Part shown: in pieces, positions 1 through 7,404 of the stretch
Layout: each line of letters opens with the position of its first letter
How positions within the stretch are numbered: position 1 is the first letter of the stretch
Source: Candidatus Dojkabacteria bacterium
GTDB taxonomy: Bacteria > Patescibacteriota > Dojkabacteria > JAFGLO01
Length of the DNA: 64,000 nucleotides
Reading direction: 5' to 3'
NCBI GenBank assembly: GCA_016927995.1
Contig: JAFGLO010000015.1
Coordinates: 3,847 to 67,846, forward strand
Program-made: the position numbers and the translations under genes
The notes under the pieces: generated by a model
Told to the model about the DNA's origin: nothing
The model's input: only the letters and a program-made list of their open reading frames with translations
The model's database searches: none

Positions 1-1
1 T

Positions 2-343
2 GATATTAAGGAACTTCGTGGTGATGAAGTTGTCGGTATCAAAATACTAAAAGAGGCGTTAATGTCTCCTATTAAGCAGATTGCTGAAAATGCAGGTAAG
101 AATGGAGATGTTGTTGTTGATAAATGTGGAAAAGGTATTGGATATGATGCAAGAAACGACCGATTTATCGATATGGTTAAAGAGGGTATTGTTGACGCTG
201 CTAAGGTTACAAAATATGCGCTTATTCATGGTGCTTCCGTTGCTGTTATGCTTCTTACAACCGAGGCATTAATCGTCGACGAACCCGAAGATGAAAAGGC
301 TTCTGCCGGTGCTCCCGATATGGGTGGTATGGGCATGATGTAA
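2..343 (+). CDS. groL: Chaperonin GroEL, 3' fragment (gene starts before the window)
   Basis: Frame is open from base 2; contains PIKQIAENAG, GIVDAAKVTKYAL, LLTTEALI and the GGMGMM tail. Confidence 0.97.
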   Translation, partial: DIKELRGDEVVGIKILKEALMSPIKQIAENAGKNGDVVVDKCGKGIGYDARNDRFIDMVKEGIVDAAKVTKYALIHGASVAVMLLTTEALIVDEPEDEKASAGAPDMGGMGMM

Positions 344-367
344 CCGGCGTGTTCCTTTTGCCGGTTA
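341..367 (+). terminator. Hairpin after groEL, possible terminator
   Basis: TAACCGGC (341-348) pairs with GCCGGTTA (360-367); no clear U-tract. Confidence 0.3.
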
Positions 368-478
368 AGGCACTGATGACACAGGGCAAATGTTGTAGCA
401 TAATGAAAGGGAATGTTTTGCGATGTACTCAGATATGATATATTGGACCAGGAAATAAGTTCAGTATATCAACTAGCC

Positions 479-1453
479 ATGCATACAATCCCGACAGGTT
501 CCGCAAAGTCAGCATCTGCAAAAGTCTTGCCTATTGCGCCGGAGCCTCCATTAGAAAAGCTTATTCAAATGTCCTTGCCGCCCGATATTAAGGCCGATGC
601 AATGGCCGCTCAATAAGGATTTGAAATTAAATCTACAGGCGCTGCAGCTGTAGAGCTCGAAGATGCTGGTACGCAGTTAGTAGAAGCTCTTACTGGTGCA
701 ACAGAAACTGCCGCAGAAAACGTTGAAACAGATGTACAAAAGTCACGTAAAGGTATTTGGGAGTTTTGGGGTACAGCCATAGGTGAGAACTGGCGAAGGG
801 TTTTAAACGTCGAAGATACAACCTCCTTTAAAGATCATGCTAAGGGTCTGGCATTTGACCTTGTTGTTTGGGCAACGTCACTTGGGGTAGATGTTGCAGA
901 CCTTTCTGTACTTGTTAATGCAGTGGACTTAGCGATTCCCGGTGCTGGGACAGCCATTTCTGCTGGTATAGACATGGCCTCAAGTGCAGTTGTAGGTAAA
1001 GCCACCGATGTAATTTATTCAAAAATGAAAGAAAAGGAGCTTAGAGATCAAGGCATTTCAGAAGCAGAAATATCAGAGCGTAAGAAAGGGGGTGAATTTA
1101 AATATGTTAGTGATACTGCCAGTGCAATTGCGCTTGCGCTGGGTTGGATCCCTGGGCTTAAAGAGGTAATAAGTAAAACATCTGTACAGGCGACACTTAA
1201 TCTTATGAAACATTCAGCATTTACAGGTAGTACGTACGAAAGTGGGCTTGCTAGAGTCGAAGCATTTCTTGATGGGAAAACAGAGGCAGAGTTTAGAGCA
1301 TTTGCGGAAGCACTTGGTATTAACCTTGGGAAAGATAAAGAGACAACAAAAACAAGTGATCGGACAATGGTTTCCGGTATTATTGTTAAAACCCTGGCAT
1401 CGCTTTTTGCGACACAGCAGACTGTATCGACAGCTGCAACTGCTTCTTTCTAA
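479..1453 (+). pseudogene. Hypothetical membrane-active protein A1, interrupted by an in-frame TAA at 614-616; paralog of 1921..2694
   Basis: Track ORFs 413..616 and 923..1453 share a frame, and 617-922 is open (GFEIKSTGAAAVELEDAG...RKGIWEFWG...RRVLNVED), aligning with AHKGLWDHAKEVARWLLNVDQ of the paralog; start at ATG 479 is inferred. Confidence 0.75.
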
Positions 1454-1481
1454 CCTAACTAAGATAATTTAAATATCGCTA

Positions 1482-1793
1482 ATGGACATACAAGAACTAA
1501 TAAATCAAAGTGTGGTTATCGAGAGACCTGCCAAAAAATCGCTAATTAATCTTGCTAAACTTCTGCCGGAAAATAGTCTGGAGCCGCTTAAGAAAATCTT
1601 AGAAACGGGTCAGGAAAAAATTAGATCTCACATCGAAACTTATCTTTTGGCTGTGCACGAAGCATTTGCCGAATACAAGAGGACTGTTTTGCAAATAAAA
1701 GGGCTTAAGGTTTTTGAAAAGTCAGAAGTTATTAAAAACGTTAATGTAATTGAAAATGCGATGATTGATAAAATTCTTGAGACGTTAGTTTAG
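1482..1793 (+). CDS. Small helical hypothetical protein B1 (103 aa); paralog of 2725..3036
   Basis: Aligns without gaps to the other 103-aa ORF (LINLAKLLPE/LNNLSVVLPE; NVNVIENA/NVNTIETA). Confidence 0.85.
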   Translation: MDIQELINQSVVIERPAKKSLINLAKLLPENSLEPLKKILETGQEKIRSHIETYLLAVHEAFAEYKRTVLQIKGLKVFEKSEVIKNVNVIENAMIDKILETLV

Positions 1794-1850
1794 TGACGTC
1801 TTCGATAGTTGACTTTAAAGGTACTTTCTAATATTCTTGAGTATTGGACA

Positions 1851-1880
1851 TTGCATGGTTCCTGTGTTTCATGCTATAAT
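1851..1880 (+). promoter_or_regulatory. Sigma70-type promoter with extended -10 for the second module
   Basis: TTGCAT (1851-1856), 18-bp spacer, TGcTATAAT (1872-1880). Confidence 0.55.
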
Positions 1881-1920
1881 ACGCAATGTAATTAACTGCT
1901 AAATTTATACAATAACGAAA

Positions 1921-2694
1921 ATGACTACTAATTGGTCTGCAGGACTAGAAGTGAGAACCCTTTCGCAACGACCCGATGCATCAGTAGCGGCTCAAACAAG
2001 TACTGGTAATGTTTTTGTTGATGCTAATCCTTCTGCACAAGGGACTGTTGATGCTAGGCCAACCGCTCCACAAACTCAACCTCCGGCTCAATCTGAGCGA
2101 ACCGCTCAAGGTCAACCTCCTGTAATGGAAGCACAACAACCAGAAAGTTCACCAGAAGCACAGGATCTAGTAGACCAAGCAACAGCTGAGCTCCGTAGTG
2201 AATTAAATGGGGCTTCAGCAGAGGCTGCAGCTGCAATAGAGAGCGAAACTCAAGCTGCTCACAAGGGTCTTTGGGATCATGCAAAAGAGGTTGCAAGATG
2301 GCTTCTCAATGTTGATCAGGGCAAAACTCTTCCTGGTACGGCAGTTGGAGTTTTAAGGGATCTTGCTGTTTTGGGGATCTTCGTGGGAGTAGATCTGGTG
2401 GATGCACCTCTAATTGGGCATGGAGTGGAGGCTTTGTTTGGTGGATTAAATTCTGCGTTGGGTGCGCGTGAAGCTAAGTTCAAGGATCTAATTGATGCAT
2501 ATTTGAAGGGTAACGCAAATGCAATCAACGGAATTAAACACGAGTTTCAGGAAGTTGTACTGGATGTAGTTAAACAAAAATTAGGCATGGATCCTAAAGT
2601 ACCTATTGGTGAATCCTTTGGAGTAATAATTGGTAGAACGGTAAGAGACTTGTTTGGGAGAGTCATGGGTTCTACTGCACAAGCAGCCGCATAA
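1921..2694 (+). CDS. Hypothetical protein A2: Q/P-rich disordered N-terminus plus Gly-rich hydrophobic helices
   Basis: 257-aa ORF with AVLGIFVGVDLVDAPLIGHGVEALFGG segment; homologous to A1. Confidence 0.85.
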   Translation: MTTNWSAGLEVRTLSQRPDASVAAQTSTGNVFVDANPSAQGTVDARPTAPQTQPPAQSERTAQGQPPVMEAQQPESSPEAQDLVDQATAELRSELNGASAEAAAAIESETQAAHKGLWDHAKEVARWLLNVDQGKTLPGTAVGVLRDLAVLGIFVGVDLVDAPLIGHGVEALFGGLNSALGAREAKFKDLIDAYLKGNANAINGIKHEFQEVVLDVVKQKLGMDPKVPIGESFGVIIGRTVRDLFGRVMGSTAQAAA

Positions 2695-2724
2695 TTTGTC
2701 TATACTTAAGTTTAAACTGCCAAA

Positions 2725-3036
2725 ATGAACATGCAAAACGTCATAACAAAAAGTACAGTTATAAGTCCTTCTGTCAAGGAAGCTCTTAATAACCTTTCAG
2801 TGGTATTGCCAGAGGATATCATTCAGCCAATTACTGATATTTTAGAGGATGCACAGGCAAAAATAGATTCAAAGGTTGAACAATATTTTTTGTCTGTACA
2901 AGCCTCTTTTAGTAAATATAAAGCTAAGATTCTTTCAATTGACGGACTTTCATTGAGATTAAAGGCACAGATAGTGTCCAACGTGAACACTATCGAAACC
3001 GCTATTATGGAAAATATAATTAAATCTTTAAGTTAA
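2725..3036 (+). CDS. Small helical hypothetical protein B2 (103 aa)
   Basis: Paralog of 1482..1793, in the same position downstream of an A gene. Confidence 0.85.
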   Translation: MNMQNVITKSTVISPSVKEALNNLSVVLPEDIIQPITDILEDAQAKIDSKVEQYFLSVQASFSKYKAKILSIDGLSLRLKAQIVSNVNTIETAIMENIIKSLS

Positions 3037-3049
3037 TAATAAATAGAGC

Positions 3050-6000
3050 ATGGCAGTAAATCCAATTAGGGGTCCGGTACCACAATTTTTGGGTGGACCT
3101 CGTGGGGTAATGAATGAAGTCAATGCTGTTGTTCAACGACCTGCTGAGAATGTTTTTCGCTGGATTGACGAGAACCTTAGGCCCGTTAGAGTAATAGGTC
3201 GGCTTGCACAACGAATAGGCAATGCTTTCGATGCAGTTGATAATGTCGCACGTGGAGTTAGACCAGGTGTTGGTAATGTTGTTGATCAGCTCGACGCCCT
3301 TCGTGGAAATGTAGCCCAAGCCGCTGCAAACGTAGTCGATAAGGTGCCTTTGGTTGGGCATAGACTTAGCCAAAATATAGAGGAGCATCACGTTATTGCA
3401 GGCAAAGAAGTAGAAAACCTAGATAGAAGGTTTTATAAAAAGACAAGGGGAAAATCACTTGAGCAAATCGTTGATGCGCAGCTTCACTATAATGCAAAGC
3501 GTGCAGAGTATGAAGATATTGCAAATCAGCCTACGGTTCCTGGTGCACCAAATCTTGTAGAGCAATGGGCCGCCGGGCGTACAGCAGACATTGATTTGCA
3601 TGGGCGGGAAGAGCTTGCTCAAATAGATCCATCAGATACTGCCGCCATTGACAAAAAGCGAAAAGAAATTGCCGCAAGACTTATGGCAGACGAAGATATG
3701 CGAGGTGCAGTTTTGGCTGGAAATGTTATGGACAGAAATTCTTCAAAAGCGGTTCTTGATGCAAAATATGGTAGGGCTAACGCAGACCAAATGGTCAAAA
3801 TTATAGAAAAGAGTGCAAATGCAATGACTCCTACATATGGAGAAGTTCGCGGAGAAAAGAGATTAACCCAAGTTGATACACTGTCTACAGACGATCCGAG
3901 GCTTGGCGTAAGACTTGATATTGCTTCGGACATTGTAAAGAAAAACGCCCTAGATGCTGCCAGTAAAGAGTTTGGTAGAAGAATTGCCGATCCGATTTTG
4001 GAAGGTCAAAAGGTTGATAGGCAGATTGGATTTTTCCGGGATGGTAAGGCTAGGGATTTTGTAGCTGATCTTAGGGCCGGGCTTAGTAAACCTCCTACGG
4101 CTGACGAAATCAAAAGACTTGAAAAGGCTTTAAATAAAAGCCCATTTAACCAAAGAGTTGATATTGACGATAGACTTGCAACACCAGGATCAAGAGTTGG
4201 GCCTGCGGCCAGAGCGCTTGATGTTATCTGGCGAGAAATTTATACGTACGAAGGACTAAGAAATATTGATCTTAGTAAGCCCAAAGATAGAAATGACTTC
4301 AGAAAGACAGTTCTATGCAATATTTATGGTTTAGATACAGATTTAGATCCCAAGGTTAGGGATATGCAGAAGGTTACTGCAGAAGCCAAGAAAATTGCCG
4401 ATGCTAATAACCCCGCTGACAAAGCCAATGCCATAAGTGCGCTTATGGCTAACACGCATATTTCAGAAAATATGAAGTTTGCAATTCTTTTTGATGCTGC
4501 CGTAACAAAGGGTAAAAACATAAATGGAACGCAGAACATTGAACAAATAATTGCATTTATGGATGGGAAGACAATGCCAGAAGTTATGCAAGATCTTGCT
4601 AACGCACTAGGCGTTGCCGATTTAAATAGCACTGCGCCAGGAATTAATAACATGGTTGATTATGTGTTTAATATGCTTCCCGATGTGCAATTACTCGTGG
4701 AAACTCCAGATGGTGATCTTAACCAAGCAATGTGTGAAGCCTTTATGAAGATGCAGCTTCTCGTTGATATGGACAAATTTATGGTAATGAAGGCAGATGG
4801 TTCCGGATGGGAATTTGCGGTTGATGCTAACGGAATTGCTTATTGTCCTCCAAACCTGCAGCCAGCTGTTTTCAAGTACATGGAAATGCTAGGTAAGGAC
4901 AGAAATATGGGCAATGGATTCCTTAAGGCTGTTGGTGAATGGGCAATTGCAAACGCTGGAGGCGCTATGGGTGTCACAATCGATCAGTTACCTGATCGAT
5001 TCTTTAACACACAGGCACAAAACAAGCGTGAAACTCCAAAAACGTTGCGTGATCTTGAAAAGAATCCTCAACTTGCCGATGCCCTTCGTGAACTTGGGCT
5101 TACTCCTGCCGAACAAGCTCGAATCATTAAAGAGAACGAAACAAGCTTGCTTGGACGTTTAATTAGTGGTAGCAAAGAGGCATTTCAAAAATTGGTTCGC
5201 GGTGGTGCATTTGCACTTGCTACAGCCGCAGTAATGACAACCATTGGAGCTACATTAGGAGCTCCGGTCGCTACTGGGCTTGCCGTAGTTATGGGTATTT
5301 ACGCGGCGTTTAACGTATTACGAGGTGGTTCGGATACAATCGTTGGATTTGTAAGATCAGGTGCGGAACTACTTAACGCATGGATTCATGGCGAAGATAA
5401 AGATAGACTTGCCGAAAAGCAGCAAAGATTTAAAGTTGCACTAAAGCGACTTGGTGCATTTGCACTTGGAGCTGCCGGTGGTGCTGCAATGGTTGTTGGT
5501 TTTGGAAATTTTGCGGGCGTAATTGCGTCATTATTAATGATTCCTGCCGAAAAGGTATCAGAGGTTACCAGGCTTATGGAAAACAAATCTAGAGTCAAGA
5601 AATTAATGCAAGAGATTGCCGATGGTACTATTGCTGGCCTTTCCGAAGAAGAAAAAGCTGCCAGGAGAGCCGAATTCAGAAAATGGATTGAAAAGGAAGA
5701 TAGGGCTAAGAATTTCTGGACCGCACTCGTATCCGGTGTCGTAACTGGTGCTGCGGCCGCAGGCTTATGGGTTCCTAAGCAGTATCAAAATCTTGGAGGT
5801 AAGGCTATTCAAAGAATTCGCGCAAGTAGAATGACTGGTCCTACTGGTATTATTGGTGGACCTGGTCCAAGCGTTACTCCACCCGCTGGTCCCCAAACTC
5901 CACCTGCTGGCGGAACTGTTACGGGTGACATTATCGTTGAGCAGGGTGGTAATCATGGAACCAGACTTGTTCCATTTGAGGCAGATGCTAATGGATATAA

Positions 6001-6346
6001 GGTAACGTTGGGTCAAGGAGATAGTGCGGGCGTAGGATTTAAAGCACTTTTTGAGGCACGTAAGGGTGCTGATATCCCGGATTTATGGCCAGATCTGGCG
6101 GCCCAGGGCAATCCGTTTGCACAGTTTGTGGCAAAACACTTGTATAATCCTACAGGTGCTGTTATACAGAGGAATGTATTCATAGACTTCCTTCGTAACA
6201 GAGGGGTAGCCGACCCTGTGGCGTTTATTAATGGAATTGATCAAAAGACGCTGGATGTTTTGTTGCGTACTCCTGGTACTGGTAGGGTAGTTGCAGGAGA
6301 TGTACTAAAGTTGACCAATGAACAAGCACGCGTGCTTTTTGACTAA
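3050..6346 (+). CDS. Large hypothetical protein C (1098 aa): Gly/Ala-rich hydrophobic block, Pro/Gly linker, possible divergent LysM-like C-terminus
   Basis: Long ORF; hydrophobic helices GAFALATAAVMTTIGATLGAPVATGLAVVMGIYAAF and LGAFALGAAGGAAMVVGFGNFAGVIASLLMI; YKVTLGQGDS...VVAGDVLKL. Confidence 0.85.
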   Translation: MAVNPIRGPVPQFLGGPRGVMNEVNAVVQRPAENVFRWIDENLRPVRVIGRLAQRIGNAFDAVDNVARGVRPGVGNVVDQLDALRGNVAQAAANVVDKVPLVGHRLSQNIEEHHVIAGKEVENLDRRFYKKTRGKSLEQIVDAQLHYNAKRAEYEDIANQPTVPGAPNLVEQWAAGRTADIDLHGREELAQIDPSDTAAIDKKRKEIAARLMADEDMRGAVLAGNVMDRNSSKAVLDAKYGRANADQMVKIIEKSANAMTPTYGEVRGEKRLTQVDTLSTDDPRLGVRLDIASDIVKKNALDAASKEFGRRIADPILEGQKVDRQIGFFRDGKARDFVADLRAGLSKPPTADEIKRLEKALNKSPFNQRVDIDDRLATPGSRVGPAARALDVIWREIYTYEGLRNIDLSKPKDRNDFRKTVLCNIYGLDTDLDPKVRDMQKVTAEAKKIADANNPADKANAISALMANTHISENMKFAILFDAAVTKGKNINGTQNIEQIIAFMDGKTMPEVMQDLANALGVADLNSTAPGINNMVDYVFNMLPDVQLLVETPDGDLNQAMCEAFMKMQLLVDMDKFMVMKADGSGWEFAVDANGIAYCPPNLQPAVFKYMEMLGKDRNMGNGFLKAVGEWAIANAGGAMGVTIDQLPDRFFNTQAQNKRETPKTLRDLEKNPQLADALRELGLTPAEQARIIKENETSLLGRLISGSKEAFQKLVRGGAFALATAAVMTTIGATLGAPVATGLAVVMGIYAAFNVLRGGSDTIVGFVRSGAELLNAWIHGEDKDRLAEKQQRFKVALKRLGAFALGAAGGAAMVVGFGNFAGVIASLLMIPAEKVSEVTRLMENKSRVKKLMQEIADGTIAGLSEEEKAARRAEFRKWIEKEDRAKNFWTALVSGVVTGAAAAGLWVPKQYQNLGGKAIQRIRASRMTGPTGIIGGPGPSVTPPAGPQTPPAGGTVTGDIIVEQGGNHGTRLVPFEADANGYKVTLGQGDSAGVGFKALFEARKGADIPDLWPDLAAQGNPFAQFVAKHLYNPTGAVIQRNVFIDFLRNRGVADPVAFINGIDQKTLDVLLRTPGTGRVVAGDVLKLTNEQARVLFD

Positions 6347-6375
6347 TACGAATCTAAATTAACTGCCCACTAAAA

Positions 6376-6810
6376 ATGGACTTAAACGACTATAGTAGTA
6401 AGTTGCAGGCTCTTACCGGCGTTGCAATGACCGACGAAGAAAAGGAATCAATTACGGCGCTTGCCAAAACTGTTGTTCCCATGCAAACAGATACCGACAG
6501 ATTAGAGATTTTATTAAAGGAAAAGGGTTTAAACGCTGAAGAGGTAGAAGCAATTATCGAGCAAGCAAAGGCACTTTTAGGCCTTTGGCTTTTGCGATAC
6601 ATTTTCGACAATACTACAGAGGACGAGCGCAAAAATATTGAAATTGCTGCCGAAAGTCTCTCTCCAACCCAAACCAACGAACTAATGGATGTTTTAATGG
6701 AAAAAAAGATAGGTAAGTCAATGGCTGATTTGTCCGACGAGTTGTGGGCGCAGGTAGTTGACGCCTTTGTTGAAGATATCGAGACAATCATAAATGACAG
6801 TAAGAGGTAG
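6376..6810 (+). CDS. Small acidic helical protein D (tentatively DUF5663-like)
   Basis: 144 aa, strongly acidic, directly after gene C; family resemblance is by eye only. Confidence 0.7.
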   Translation: MDLNDYSSKLQALTGVAMTDEEKESITALAKTVVPMQTDTDRLEILLKEKGLNAEEVEAIIEQAKALLGLWLLRYIFDNTTEDERKNIEIAAESLSPTQTNELMDVLMEKKIGKSMADLSDELWAQVVDAFVEDIETIINDSKR

Positions 6811-6835
6811 GTGATAAATAACACCGATAGGTGTC

Positions 6836-6864
6836 GTAGAGACATGTTTACAACTTGTCCCTAT
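6836..6864 (+). repeat. GTAG-family REP-like palindrome
   Basis: GTAGAGACATGTTTACAACTTGTCCCTAT, similar to the copies at 49195 and 42727. Confidence 0.65.
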
Positions 6865-6881
6865 GTATTATTATCGTACAA

Positions 6882-6910
6882 TTGAAAAGGTATCTTGTAT
6901 CCTGTATAAT
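6882..6910 (+). promoter_or_regulatory. Sigma70 promoter predicted to give a leaderless pilin mRNA
   Basis: TTGAAA, 17 bp, TATAAT, then 6 nt to ATG 6917. Confidence 0.7.
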
Positions 6911-6916
6911 ACGCGC

Positions 6917-7231
6917 ATGAAAATTTGGCAACAAATAGTAACATATCTGACTGAAATTGATCCCAGCGGTTCAATTACCGCAACAGATACTAAGTCCGTG
7001 GTAACTTTGATCGTGAACATAAGTATCGGGGTTGGCGGGGGAATCGCGACTTTACTTATTATCATCGGCGGTATCCAAATGCTTGGCAGCGGCGGTGATC
7101 CGGGCAAGGTTAAAGAAGGCCAGGAAATGATTGTAAACGCATTAATGGGTTTGGCTCTTATTTTACTTGCTGTAATGGTTGTTCGAACTTTAGGATTTGA
7201 TGTACTTCGTATCCCGGGCTTTACCATGTAG
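6917..7231 (+). CDS. TrbC/VirB2-like (T4SS pilin family) protein
   Basis: Two hydrophobic helices around SGGDPGKVKEGQEMIVNALMGL; start moved to ATG 6917. Confidence 0.8.
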   Translation: MKIWQQIVTYLTEIDPSGSITATDTKSVVTLIVNISIGVGGGIATLLIIIGGIQMLGSGGDPGKVKEGQEMIVNALMGLALILLAVMVVRTLGFDVLRIPGFTM

Positions 7232-7238
7232 TTAAGTG

Positions 7239-7267
7239 TTGACATTGCATAATTACTCTGATAAAAT
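7239..7267 (+). promoter_or_regulatory. Sigma70 promoter of rpoBC
   Basis: TTGACA (7239-7244), 17 bp, TAAAAT (7262-7267) with upstream TG. Confidence 0.8.
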
Positions 7268-7404
7268 ACCCCTTGCAGTCTATATCAAATTCGGGAGATA
7301 TCACTAAAAAATGGTAGATCTATTACTAGATAAGCTTTTTTGTATGTATAGTTTTTGTTCGCCTATTAATCGTTTCGCGTCATAAATTAACCTTGATCTA
7401 ACTC

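Noticed and set aside
614-616. Stop-codon reassignment (alternative genetic code)
   Set aside because: TAA, TAG and TGA all terminate conserved genes here (rpsG TAA, glyA TAG, rpoC and lepA TGA)
1482-3036. WXG100/type VII secretion substrates
   Set aside because: Right size and helical, but no central WxG motif, and the only FtsK-family protein is a normal single-ATPase DNA translocase with a gamma domain
7268-7404. Structured leader or riboswitch before rpoB
   Set aside because: Only short AT-rich pairings; no recognisable RNA family
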